Below are positions 1-8,826 of a stretch of 64,000 bases of DNA, piece after piece; position 1 is the first letter of the stretch; each line of letters begins with the position of its first letter. The stretch covers positions 7,232,001-7,296,000 of the forward strand of contig OY970303.1 of NCBI GenBank assembly GCA_963716255.1, in the 5' to 3' direction. Position numbers and translations under genes: made by a program. The DNA is from an uncultured Gemmatimonadales bacterium. Lineage in GTDB: Bacteria; Gemmatimonadota; Gemmatimonadetes; Longimicrobiales; Longimicrobiaceae. Below the pieces are notes generated by a model. It ran no database searches. It saw only the letters and a program-made list of their open reading frames with translations, and was not told the DNA's origin.

Positions 1-1
1 G

Positions 2-160
2 CGCGCCCCCGACAAGGGACACCGCGACGAGGTGGAGGCGTTCGTGCGCGCGGTCCGCGAGGGCGGTGCCTGGCCCATCCCCCTGTGGCAGCAGCTCCAG
101 GCCATGGAGATCGCGTTCGAGGTCGAGAGGCAGCTGCACGACCCGGCCGCCGCGCCCTGA
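2..160 (+). CDS. 3' end of an oxidoreductase (Gfo/Idh/MocA-like C-terminus), truncated by the window start
   Basis: Frame 2 reads RAPDKGHRDEVEAFVRAVREGGAWPIPLWQQLQAMEIAFEVERQLHDPAAAP*. The DKGH...E...F...PIP pattern resembles the C-terminus of bi-domain Gfo/Idh/MocA oxidoreductases. Not in the ORF track. Confidence 0.55.
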   Translation, partial: RAPDKGHRDEVEAFVRAVREGGAWPIPLWQQLQAMEIAFEVERQLHDPAAAP

Positions 161-196
161 CGGCGGACGCCCCGGACGCGCGGACTACCTTCGGAC

Positions 197-919
197 CTAC
201 TCGGCGGGAGGCGTGATCGGTCCTTCCACGCCGAGAGGAACCCCGGGCGGAACCATCGCCGCCGTCCCGGCCGGCCGCAGAAACTCGTAGACGCGCACCG
301 CGGCGAGCATGCCGGTGACGGGAGCAACCCAGTAGATCCAGTGCGCAGTCCAGGTCCCGCCCGCCACGGCGGGCCCGAGCGAGCGCGCGGGGTTCATGGA
401 GGCGCCCGTCAGCGGCCCGCCCATCATGGCGCAGAAGCCGACGGTGAGCCCCACCGCGAGCCCGGCGAAGCCGGAGGACACCCGCTCGTCCGTGGCCACC
501 GCCATGATGACCAGCATGAGGACGAACGAGAGGAGCCACTCGACCACCAGCGAACCTCCCACGCCCACCCCCGGGAGGGTGGCGCCGAGGCGTCCGACCG
601 GGCCCAGCACACCGCGCAGCGTCAGCGAAGCGGCCACGGCCCCGGCGCACTGGGAAAGGACGTAGGGGATGACGTCGCGGCCGGGGATGCGGCCCACCGA
701 CCAGAAGGCGACGGTGACCGCCGGGTTGATGTGCGCGCCCGAGATGTGGCCGAGCGCGTAGACCATCGCCAGCACCACGAAAGCGAAGGCGAGCGCCACG
801 CCGGCGTGCCCCACCGCTCCCTCCGTGCAGGCGTCCACCATCGCCGTCCCCGGCCCGATCAGCACCAGGAAGTAGGTCCCCAGCGCCTCCGCCACCAACC
901 GCCGCACGTCCGTTCGCAT
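197..919 (-). CDS. MIP-family aquaporin/aquaglyceroporin, probable arsenite channel (240 aa)
   Basis: ATG at 919 preceded by GGAGG. MRTDVRRLVAEALGTYFLV start, two NPA boxes (SGAHINPAVT, GASMNPARS) and hydrophobic helices. Last gene of an ArsR-led operon. Confidence 0.92.
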   Translation of the reverse strand: MRTDVRRLVAEALGTYFLVLIGPGTAMVDACTEGAVGHAGVALAFAFVVLAMVYALGHISGAHINPAVTVAFWSVGRIPGRDVIPYVLSQCAGAVAASLTLRGVLGPVGRLGATLPGVGVGGSLVVEWLLSFVLMLVIMAVATDERVSSGFAGLAVGLTVGFCAMMGGPLTGASMNPARSLGPAVAGGTWTAHWIYWVAPVTGMLAAVRVYEFLRPAGTAAMVPPGVPLGVEGPITPPAE

Positions 920-942
920 CCGGCCTCCGCTCCTGTTCCGGG

Positions 943-1698
943 TCAGCCCCACTGGACGCCGCCGGTGCGGAGATATTCCGCGAAGTCGTCGGGCAGCTCG
1001 CTCTCGCGGATCCCCGCCACGGCCTGCTCCAGGTCGTACTCCACCCGCACGAACTCCACCTGCGGGGCCTCTCCGCTCATGTCCAGCAGCACGTAGCCGG
1101 CGCGCCAGTCCCCGTCCTTGGGGCGCCCCACCGAGCCGGTGTTGACGAACTGGATCCCCTCCAACGTGCGCTGCCAGGGCCTGTGCGTGTGGCCGAAGCA
1201 GATCACGTCCCCCGCCCGTGCGCCGGCCTCCTCCGCCATCCTGAGGCAGAAGGCGTCGTCGCGGTCCTCGGTCCAGTACAGCGTGTTCAGCGTCGGCGTC
1301 CCGTGCACCAGGACCACCCTGGGGCCCGGGAGATGCCCGCCGCGCGGCCGTACGTCGATCCGGAAGGGGAGCGAGCCGAGGTAGCGCCTGGTCTCCGCGG
1401 AGACGTGCCGCCGGGTCCAGTCGTAGCTCAGGTGCGAAAGCTCCTCCTGGCGCGGGTCCTCGTACCTGCACCCGCAGTGCTTGTAGTCGGTCGCCACCGT
1501 GGAGTCGTAGTTGCCGGCGATGCCGCTCACGTGGAGTCCGCGCAGCAGGGCGACCGTCTCGTCGGGCCAGGGCGCGTAGCCCACCAGGTCCCCCAGGTGG
1601 TAGGTCGCCGCGAGGTCCTTTTGGCCGGCGATGTGCTCCAGCACCGCCTGCAGCGCGGGCAGGTTGGCGTGGACGTCGGAGATCAGTGCGTATCGCAT
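943..1698 (-). CDS. Calcineurin-like metallophosphoesterase (YfcE/MJ0936-like, 251 aa)
   Basis: Motifs SDVHAN, LGDLVGY, GNYD, HGTP, FGHTH and NTGSVGRPKDGD, plus an extra HCGC Cys motif. Confidence 0.92.
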   Translation of the reverse strand: MRYALISDVHANLPALQAVLEHIAGQKDLAATYHLGDLVGYAPWPDETVALLRGLHVSGIAGNYDSTVATDYKHCGCRYEDPRQEELSHLSYDWTRRHVSAETRRYLGSLPFRIDVRPRGGHLPGPRVVLVHGTPTLNTLYWTEDRDDAFCLRMAEEAGARAGDVICFGHTHRPWQRTLEGIQFVNTGSVGRPKDGDWRAGYVLLDMSGEAPQVEFVRVEYDLEQAVAGIRESELPDDFAEYLRTGGVQWG

Positions 1699-2120
1699 GG
1701 GGGTCTCGGGGATGACGGACCTGGGCTGCGGACCGAACCGGTGCGTTGCGGGCGCGCAGCCGTGGCGCCGCGCACCCCCTCCCCGAGTCGCGCGGGACCG
1801 CCCGGGGCCGCCGCCAGCCCCTCCAGCAGCAGCTGCAGGTGCTGGAAGCGCGCCGGGTCGGCGCAGTAGCAGGTCCGGGGTCCGTCGATCTCGCCGTGGA
1901 TGAGCTCTGCCTCGCGCAGCACCTTCAGGTGCTGGGAAACGGTGGACTGGGCAATCGGCAGCTCCTTGCAGATCTCACCGCAGACGCACTCCTCGCGCTC
2001 CAGCAGGATGCGGAGGATGCGGACGCGCATGGGGTGGCCGAGCGCCTTTGCGAGGGCAGCCAGCGCCTCGTCCGGATCACGGCCGTCGTCGACGGGGCGG
2101 GCGGGCGGGCAGCACTTCAC
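1683..2120 (-). CDS. arsR: ArsR/SmtB-family metalloregulatory repressor
   Basis: AKALGHPMRVRIL...CVCGEI...AQSTVSQHLKVLREAELI winged HTH. Cys-rich (N-terminal CC, CVC, CYC). GTG start with upstream GGAG. The low-complexity C-terminal tail overlaps the next gene by 16 nt. Confidence 0.88.
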   Translation of the reverse strand: MKCCPPARPVDDGRDPDEALAALAKALGHPMRVRILRILLEREECVCGEICKELPIAQSTVSQHLKVLREAELIHGEIDGPRTCYCADPARFQHLQLLLEGLAAAPGGPARLGEGVRGATAARPQRTGSVRSPGPSSPRPPCDTH

Positions 2121-2143
2121 GGGTGGGCTCCAGCGAGGGTCTA

Positions 2144-2166
2144 ATCGTTTATCTACGATGAACGAT
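2144..2166. promoter_or_regulatory. Probable ArsR operator (imperfect inverted repeat)
   Basis: ATCGTTTATC-TAC-GATGAACGAT, 9/10 self-complementary, in an AT-rich patch about 25 nt upstream of arsR. Confidence 0.7.
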
Positions 2167-2283
2167 ATTGCACCGGACGGGTGTCCGTCAACCGGGTCCG
2201 CGCTTCGCCGGACCCCGCGGCCGCGTCGGAGCCGGCGTGAGGGATTTCGGCCCGAAGGGGCGAGACCCGGCGGGGGCTGTTTC

Positions 2284-2350
2284 CGCCGGGGCTCGACTCC
2301 GTTGGCGAGCGTTGTTTGCTCGCCTACGGAGCCGAAGCCCGACCCCGGCG
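2284..2350. repeat. Long intergenic stem-loop (REP-like or terminator-like) between the kinase and arsR
   Basis: Core CTCCGTTGGCGAGC-GTTGTTT-GCTCGCCTACGGAG (2297-2331, 13/14 paired), extendable with bulges. Confidence 0.5.
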
Positions 2351-2406
2351 CCAGCCGGGGGCACGCCCGAACCTTTCTGTTCAGTCCGTTTGAACCAGGT
2401 ACGGCA

Positions 2407-3753
2407 TCAACCCGCCTGCGGAACGGAAAAGCTGAACGTCGACCCCTCGCCGACCCTGCTCTCGACCCGGATGGTCCCCCCCTGCGCCTCGACGAGGCCC
2501 TTCACGATCGGGAGCCCCAGACCGATCCCGCGGCGATCCGACGTGCCCGCCTGCCAGAAGCGGTCGAACAGGCGCGGGATGTTCTCGGACGGGATGCCGG
2601 TGCCCGTGTCCGAGACGCGGAACCAGACGCTCGAGCCCTCCACGTCCGCCCCCAGGGCGATGGTCCCCCCGGGCGGAGTGAACTTGGCGGCGTTCCCCAC
2701 CAGGTTCGAGAAGATCTGCAGCGTCCGCTCGCGGTCGGCGCTCACCGCCGGCAGGTGCTCGGGGAGGGAACAGGCGAACCGCTGCCCCGCCTTTTCCACG
2801 ATCGGGGCGAGCATCGTAGAAGCTTCCTGCGCCAGTGAGCGCGCGGGGATGGTCCGGCACTCGACGGCCAGGCGCCCGCCCTCGATCCGGGCGATGTCCA
2901 GCAGGTCCTGGATCATGTGGTTCATGCTGGCGCCGGCCCGGCCGATGATCGCGAGCTGCCCGCGCTCCGTCTTCCTCTCGTCCCCGGGCGGAAGGGTGTC
3001 GAGCAGGAAGCTGGCCGCCATGGTGATGGTGTTCAGGGGGTTCCGCAGGTCGTGAGAGACGACGGAGACCACGTCGTCCCGCAGGCGCACCGCCGCTTCG
3101 GCCTCGGCCCGGGCCCGCTGCTCCCTCCGCGTCAGCCTGGCCACGGATACGATCGCGACGACGCCGAGCAGGCCGAGCCCACCTGTCACGGCGTGGCTGA
3201 GGCGCTCCAGCCGGTCCATCCCCGCCATCTGGTCGCCCATCACCTGCTGGAGCGCGAGGTCGACCGTGTCCATGGCGGCGACGATGTGCGTGAGGCTGGC
3301 GTCCAGCGCGGGCAGGAACTGGTACAGCTCGTCCCGCGACGGCCCGGTGTTGGGAAAGTCCGCCGCCACCGCCGCCTCCAGCGCGGCCACGCGCGCGAAG
3401 GCCGCGACGGTCCGGGGGCTCGTGCCGGGGACGAGCGCGCGAAGCTCCCGGTCGAGGGAATCGACCTCGACCGCGTAGCGGTCGGCACGCCGGAGCATTT
3501 CCGCGTTCCCGGACGCCATGTACCCGGCCCGAGCGGCGGCTCCGCCGAGCACCGCCGCCTTCTTCGCCGCGATCAGCCGGCGGGCCGGCCGGATGATCTC
3601 GTCGTTCTTGAGGCGGAGGGTATTCTCCCGCAGGTCCAGGGCGGCGGGGAGCAGCAGCGAGGCCGCCAGCGCGAGCATGACCGCGACCACCGGAAACCAC
3701 ACCCGGCGGGAGCGGGCCCGCTCGGCGTACGCGGGGTCTGCGGGGGCGCTCAT
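2407..3753 (-). CDS. Membrane sensor histidine kinase (448 aa)
   Basis: Two TM segments flank a helical extracytoplasmic region. H-box VVSHDLRNPL, N-box NLVGNAAKF, G1 DTGTGI, F-box LFDRFWQ, G2 GIGLGL. The true start is ATG 3753, inside the longer track ORF. Confidence 0.9.
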   Translation of the reverse strand: MSAPADPAYAERARSRRVWFPVVAVMLALAASLLLPAALDLRENTLRLKNDEIIRPARRLIAAKKAAVLGGAAARAGYMASGNAEMLRRADRYAVEVDSLDRELRALVPGTSPRTVAAFARVAALEAAVAADFPNTGPSRDELYQFLPALDASLTHIVAAMDTVDLALQQVMGDQMAGMDRLERLSHAVTGGLGLLGVVAIVSVARLTRREQRARAEAEAAVRLRDDVVSVVSHDLRNPLNTITMAASFLLDTLPPGDERKTERGQLAIIGRAGASMNHMIQDLLDIARIEGGRLAVECRTIPARSLAQEASTMLAPIVEKAGQRFACSLPEHLPAVSADRERTLQIFSNLVGNAAKFTPPGGTIALGADVEGSSVWFRVSDTGTGIPSENIPRLFDRFWQAGTSDRRGIGLGLPIVKGLVEAQGGTIRVESRVGEGSTFSFSVPQAG

Positions 3754-3788
3754 CGCGCGGGAGGCCGGGGACGTCGACGGGGTGGGCT

Positions 3789-4235
3789 TCAGGGCACCAG
3801 CACCCGGGACGTCCAGTTCGTGTAGTAGTTCACGAAGTGCCCGCCGTTGGCCGCGAGGATCCCGCGGATGCGCTCCGTCGCCTCGTCGTCGTGGCTGGAA
3901 ACGAGGACGAGGTAGTGGCCGGCCTTGACCTCCTGGACGTGACGCTCGGTGTGCTCCGTCTCCATCCCGAAGAGCGCCTGAGCCATGCGGGTCAGGCGGC
4001 CGCTCAGCCCGTGTCCGGTGCCGCTCTGGTCGATCACCTCGACGGCATGGTCGCCGCTGATGACGTGCACGGACGATTCGTCGAACCCGGCGGCGCGCAG
4101 GGCTTCCTCCGCGCGGGACACCTCCGCGGCCGTGTCGATCACGCCCACGACGGCGTGCGTCGGAAAGGCGGGCCGTGACTCGCCGTCCGGCGCGGATGCC
4201 GGATCCGCTTCCTCGCGCCCGGGCTGATTCTGCAT
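3789..4235 (-). CDS. Hypothetical protein (general-stress/YflT-like fold possible, 148 aa)
   Basis: GGAGG RBS and normal composition. The VVGVIDT...AEEALRAAGF...GHYLVLV pattern is seen in small stress-protein-like families. Confidence 0.7.
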   Translation of the reverse strand: MQNQPGREEADPASAPDGESRPAFPTHAVVGVIDTAAEVSRAEEALRAAGFDESSVHVISGDHAVEVIDQSGTGHGLSGRLTRMAQALFGMETEHTERHVQEVKAGHYLVLVSSHDDEATERIRGILAANGGHFVNYYTNWTSRVLVP

Positions 4236-4331
4236 ACGGGACCTCCGGTTGTGGGTGAATGCCGGGCAGCCGCACGGGCATAATCCACGCCAGGCGCGCG
4301 CATGGCGACGATTCCCCGCCCGGAGCTCCCC

Positions 4332-7055
4332 TCACTCCATGCGCAGCGCCGCCATGGGGTCGATGGAGCTGGCGCGCCGCGCCGGGATCCACGACGCGAC
4401 GGAAGCGACCCCCAGCACCACCGCCCCGATCGCGGCGCCGAGGAGCGGCGGGCTCGCCAGCGGCCAGCCCAGCGCGGCGCCGGCGAGCCGCGTGGCTGCC
4501 ATGCTGAGCGGCAGCCCCAGCGCCAGGCCCAGCGCGCCCAGGGCGAGCCCCCGGACAAAGAACATCCGGACGACCTGGCCGCCCTGCGCGCCGAGCGCCG
4601 TGCGGATCCCGATCTCGTGCGTGCGCTGCCCCACGGTGAGCGACACCACGGCGTACAGCCCGATCGCGGACAGGAGCAGCGCGAGCAGCCCGCCTCCCGC
4701 CACGGCTCCGCCGGCCCGCAGGAGGGCGCGGCGGGACTCGGCTTCGCGCTGCTCCACGGTCTGCGCCCTGGTGATGGGCATCTGCGGCGCTTCGGCCGCG
4801 ACCACCCTCCGCAGCGTGCCCAGCATGGGGAGCGCGGGCCCCGCCGTGCGCGCGACCACGCCGGTGTTGATGGCCGCGTACGGCACGTATGCGCGGAGCC
4901 GGCCGCCCTCGCCGACGGGGCCCGCGGCCGGCTCGTCCACCACGCCCACCACCACCAGGGCGGGGGACCGGGAGCGCGCCGCCGCGGGCATCTCGAGCCG
5001 ACGGCCGAGCGGGTCGGCGTCGCCCCACAGCCGGCGCGCCAGGCCGCTGCCGACGATCACCCGGTCGAACGACGGGGCGCGCCCGGGGTCGGCGGAGGAT
5101 GCCTGCGCGCGCTCGGCGGCGTCGAAGTCGCGGCCGCGCACGATGGGGATGTCGAACGCGCCGAAGTAGCCCTCCGGCGCGGCCACGAGGCGCATCTCCA
5201 TGACGGGGTCGTACGCGACGCCCGCCACGCGGTCGGCGGGGTGCACGGCGAGCGGCACGGTGACCGCGCCCATCTCCATGGGCATGGCGGCGACCACGCC
5301 GGGCACCGCGGCGACGCGCTCCACGACCGCGGCGATGCGCGACGCGCGCTCCGCCGCGGACACCCGGCCGGCCCACGTGTCCAGCTCGATCTCCACGACC
5401 CGGTCGGGGGCGCCGGAGGTCGCGAGCCCGTCCGCGTCCGTGACCATGGTCGCGACCACCACGGCGAGGCCCACGAGCAGCGGCTGCGTGAGCGCGACCT
5501 GCGCGACCACGAGCGCCCGCTGCAGCCGCGACCGCGTCGCGGCCGCGCCCGACGAGCTCTTCAGCACCTCGCCCACGGAGATGCGGGTGGCGTGCAGCGC
5601 GGGCGACAGGCCGAACAGGATCCCGGTGGCGAGGGCGACCGCGCACGTCGCCGCCGTCACGCGCCAGTCCACGACCAGCCGCACGCCCTCCAGCGCCGAC
5701 CCGGCGAGGCGGATCCCGGCGGCCGTCACCCCCAGGCCGACGGCCGCGGCGGCCAGGGCCAGCAGGACGCTCTCGGTGAGGAGCTGCCGGACCAGCCGCC
5801 TGCGGGGCGCGCCCAGCGACAGGCGCACGCCGATCTCGCGGCGGCGCGCGACGGCGAGCCCCACCAGGAGCGCGCTGACGTTGGTGCAGGTGATGAGCAG
5901 GGCGAGTAGCGCGAGCCCGCCGGCCGCCGCCGCCGAGACGAGCAGGTCCGCGCGGGAGCTGACCCGGGCGTTGCTGGCGAGCATGGGCACCACGTCGGCG
6001 CTCGCCGTTTCCGCCTCCGCGGGCGCGGCGCCGCCGCGTCCGCGGCGGAGCGCGCGCTCCGCGATGCCGGCGACGACCGGCGTCGCGGCCCCCGCCGCCA
6101 CGCCCGGGCGCAGCCGGGCGGCCGCGTCCAGGAACAGGCTGTCGTGGCTGAGGAGCGCCGCCGCGGTGCGCTTCTGGAGCAGGGGGTACGCCGCGAGCGG
6201 GACCCACACCGTCGCGCCGCCGCCGCCGTCCGTGCCGTGGAAGCGCGGCGGCGCGACGCCCACGATCTCCACCGGGAAGCCGTTGACCCGGAGCGTGCGC
6301 CCGATCACGTCGCGCGTCCCGCCGAACCGCTGCCGCCACAGGGCGTGGCTGATCATCGCCGTGGGCGGCGCCGTCATCCGCGTGGCGTCCGGCTCCGCGG
6401 CGGGCGCCGTGCCGAGCTCCGGCCGGACGCCGAGGACGCCGAAGTAGTTGGACGTCGCGTAGACCAGGCTCACGGCGAGCGGCGCCGCCGCGTCGCCCGC
6501 GTCCACCAGCGCGGTCTCGGCGGCGTGCGCGGCGACGGCGCCGAACAGCTCCGTGCGGCCGGCGTACTCCTGCACCTCGGGCCACGACAGCAGGCGCGGC
6601 TGGACGTTCGCGACCCCGCTGGCGCGCAGGGTGCCGCGGATGCGAACCAGCGACCCGTCGCGCGCGATCCCCGGCGCGGGGAGCGTCGCGATGGAGTTCA
6701 GCACCGTGAACAGCACCACGTTGGTGCCGATCCCCAGCGACAGCACCACGACCATGGTGGCGGTGGACAGCGGCGCGCGGCGGAAGTGGCGGAGGGCGTA
6801 GCGGACGTCGGCCAGGGTGCTCTCGATCCAGGGGAGGCCGCGCTGCTCGCGCACGCTTTCCGCGGCCTGCGCCAGCCCGCCCGACGCGAGCAGCGCCCGG
6901 CGGCGCGCCTCCTCCGGGTGCATGCCGCGGCGGATGTTCTCCTCGGTCTCCATCTCCAGGTGCGCCTCCATCTCGGCGCGGAGGTCGTCGTCGGCGCGCC
7001 CGTGGCCCCGGAGGGCCGCGCCCACGCGGGCCAGCGCCCTGCGGACCCCTCTCAT
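4332..7055 (-). CDS. ADOP-family duplicated ABC permease (MacB/FtsX-like, 907 aa)
   Basis: Permease-prefix helix (DDDLRAEMEAHLEMETEENIRRGM), two MacB-periplasmic/FtsX halves (RRREIGVRLSLGA, RTHEIGIRTALGA) and C-terminal IDPMAALRME. ATG overlaps the padR stop (ATGA). Confidence 0.9.
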   Translation of the reverse strand: MRGVRRALARVGAALRGHGRADDDLRAEMEAHLEMETEENIRRGMHPEEARRRALLASGGLAQAAESVREQRGLPWIESTLADVRYALRHFRRAPLSTATMVVVLSLGIGTNVVLFTVLNSIATLPAPGIARDGSLVRIRGTLRASGVANVQPRLLSWPEVQEYAGRTELFGAVAAHAAETALVDAGDAAAPLAVSLVYATSNYFGVLGVRPELGTAPAAEPDATRMTAPPTAMISHALWRQRFGGTRDVIGRTLRVNGFPVEIVGVAPPRFHGTDGGGGATVWVPLAAYPLLQKRTAAALLSHDSLFLDAAARLRPGVAAGAATPVVAGIAERALRRGRGGAAPAEAETASADVVPMLASNARVSSRADLLVSAAAAGGLALLALLITCTNVSALLVGLAVARRREIGVRLSLGAPRRRLVRQLLTESVLLALAAAAVGLGVTAAGIRLAGSALEGVRLVVDWRVTAATCAVALATGILFGLSPALHATRISVGEVLKSSSGAAATRSRLQRALVVAQVALTQPLLVGLAVVVATMVTDADGLATSGAPDRVVEIELDTWAGRVSAAERASRIAAVVERVAAVPGVVAAMPMEMGAVTVPLAVHPADRVAGVAYDPVMEMRLVAAPEGYFGAFDIPIVRGRDFDAAERAQASSADPGRAPSFDRVIVGSGLARRLWGDADPLGRRLEMPAAARSRSPALVVVGVVDEPAAGPVGEGGRLRAYVPYAAINTGVVARTAGPALPMLGTLRRVVAAEAPQMPITRAQTVEQREAESRRALLRAGGAVAGGGLLALLLSAIGLYAVVSLTVGQRTHEIGIRTALGAQGGQVVRMFFVRGLALGALGLALGLPLSMAATRLAGAALGWPLASPPLLGAAIGAVVLGVASVASWIPARRASSIDPMAALRME

Positions 7056-7393
7056 GCCGCCCCCGGCTTGAGCGCGAAGAAGGCGGCGATCAGCTCCGCC
7101 GTCTGCTGCCACTCCCGGGCTTCGCGCGCGAGCTGCTTCCGCCCCGCCGGGGTGAGCGAGTAGAACTTGGCGCGGCGGTTGTTCTCCGACTGCCCCCACT
7201 CCGCCGTCACGAACCCCTCCTGCTCCAGCTTGAGCAGGGCGGGGTAGAGCGTGCCGTAGTTCAGCGCCAGCCGGTTCCTGCTGGTCTCCTCGATCCGCCG
7301 CGCCACGCCGTAGCCGTGCAGCGGTCCCAGCACCTCCAGCGTCTTGAGGATCATGAGCGCGAGCGTCCCGGGCTGGACGTCCCTTTTCTCCAC
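7052..7393 (-). CDS. PadR-family transcriptional regulator (Acidobacterial type)
   Basis: GTLALMILKTL...HGYGVARRIE...GTLYPALLKLE...NNRRAKFYSLT. Translationally coupled to the ADOP permease. Confidence 0.92.
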   Translation of the reverse strand: MEKRDVQPGTLALMILKTLEVLGPLHGYGVARRIEETSRNRLALNYGTLYPALLKLEQEGFVTAEWGQSENNRRAKFYSLTPAGRKQLAREAREWQQTAELIAAFFALKPGAA

Positions 7394-7402
7394 CGTCTGC
7401 CT

Positions 7403-7468
7403 CCTATTGTTTACCCATAGGTCGAGGGCGCGACTCCGGCGCGCGGGGACGTATGGGATGCCAATACG
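7403..7468. promoter_or_regulatory. Two inverted copies of a 19-bp putative PadR operator
   Basis: 7403-7421 CCTATTGTTTACCCATAGG (reverse complement CCTATGGGTAAACAATAGG) and 7450-7468 CGTATGGGATGCCAATACG. Consensus CnTATGGG-N4-CAATAnG. Confidence 0.6.
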
Positions 7469-7519
7469 AAGATCGCGCGGCGCGCGGCGTCGCGCAAGCG
7501 TGCCGCGTTCCCGGCGCGG

Positions 7520-8773
7520 CTACGGGCGGGGGGAGGGGGCCAGCCGGGCGTGGCTCGCCAGGACCTCGCGCAGGCGGTCGTGCGGAAGGCCGTAGATGCG
7601 CAGGCCGTCGGCCCCGGTGGTCGTGCGGGCCGCGACCATTGCGTTGGTGATCGCCTCCTCCGTGGCCTGCACCGTGGCCTGGAAGAGACCGTCCATGCGG
7701 TCGTTGGGGAGCATCGCGAGCGGCACGGTGGCGCTGTCCCGTGCGGCGCCGGGGTTGGCGGTGGAAAAGGCCAGGAAGATGTCGCCGCTCCCGTTGCCGG
7801 CGATGCTCCCCTCGCGCCCCAGGCCAAGCGCCGCGCGGCGCGCCACCCGCTTGAGCTGGTGCGGCAGGAGCGGCGCGTCCGTGGCGACGACGATGATGAT
7901 GGAGCCCAGGTCGCGGTCCTCGTCCCGCGGCGGCGCGGGGGCGGGCGCGCCGCAGCGCGGGATGCCGCGCAGGAACGGCTGGGACGGCGGCTCGGCCCTC
8001 TCGTAGCAGGGCCGCATGCCGTCGATCTCCCGGCCCACCGGCACGCCGGCGATGCGCAGGTCGTACTGGCCGCCGTAGTTGCACTGCACCAGCACCCCCA
8101 CGGTGTAGGCGCCCTGCGCCGCGGGAAGCCGCCGCGACGACGTCCCGATCCCGCCCTTGAAGTGGTTGCAGATCATCCCCGTCCCGCCGCCGACGCTCCC
8201 TTCCTCCACGGCCCCGCCCCGCGCGCCGTCGAGCGCGGCGAAGACATGCTCGGGCTTCACGTGGAAGCCGTTGATGTCGTTCAGCAGCCCGTCGAAGGTC
8301 TCGGCCACCACGGGGAGCGCCCACAGGAGGGCGGGGTTGTCGCGGAGCATCCACCGGATGGCCGCGTCCCGCACCACGCCCACGCTGTGGGTGTTGGTGA
8401 CCAGGACGGGCCCCTCCAGGAAGCCGCCCTCCTCGATCCAGGTGGTGCCCGTCATCTCCCCGTTGCCGTTCAGGGAGAACCAGGCCGCGAAGACGGGGTC
8501 CGGGGTGCGCCTGCCGCGCGGCAGGACGGCGGTGACGCCGGTGCGCACCGGCCCGCTCCCCACCACCAGCGGACCCTCGCCGGAAATCAGGGTGGTATGG
8601 CCCACCTCCACCCCCGCCACGTCTGTGATCGCGTTGTGCGGCCCCGGGGTCCCGTCGAACGGCACGCCCAGGTCGCGCGCCCGCGGCCGGGTCTGGGCCT
8701 CGATCGGGGGAGCGGGAAGGGTGGCCAGCAGGGCCGCAGCGGCCAGCAGCGAAAAGCGCAGGACGGGTCTCAA
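7520..8773 (-). CDS. Secreted P1/S58-family (DmpA/BapA-like) aminopeptidase (~417 aa)
   Basis: TTG start at 8773 with GGAG RBS. Signal-peptide-like LRPVLRFSLLAAAALLATLPAPPIEA. Motifs RARDLG, NAITDVAGVEVGH, NGNGEMTG, GGGTGM, autoprocessing G|SIIIVVATDAP and SGD. Confidence 0.88.
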   Translation of the reverse strand: MRPVLRFSLLAAAALLATLPAPPIEAQTRPRARDLGVPFDGTPGPHNAITDVAGVEVGHTTLISGEGPLVVGSGPVRTGVTAVLPRGRRTPDPVFAAWFSLNGNGEMTGTTWIEEGGFLEGPVLVTNTHSVGVVRDAAIRWMLRDNPALLWALPVVAETFDGLLNDINGFHVKPEHVFAALDGARGGAVEEGSVGGGTGMICNHFKGGIGTSSRRLPAAQGAYTVGVLVQCNYGGQYDLRIAGVPVGREIDGMRPCYERAEPPSQPFLRGIPRCGAPAPAPPRDEDRDLGSIIIVVATDAPLLPHQLKRVARRAALGLGREGSIAGNGSGDIFLAFSTANPGAARDSATVPLAMLPNDRMDGLFQATVQATEEAITNAMVAARTTTGADGLRIYGLPHDRLREVLASHARLAPSPRP

Positions 8774-8826
8774 GCGGGCTCCATGTCCGGGGGGTCGGCG
8801 GAGTGTGCTGCGGACGGACGGCCGGT

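Noticed and set aside
2407..6585. 1392-aa 'giant kinase', and similarly the extended ORFs 197..1471 and 7520..10198
   Set aside because: The N-terminal extensions overlap other real genes in different frames. True starts are about 3753, 919 and 8773.
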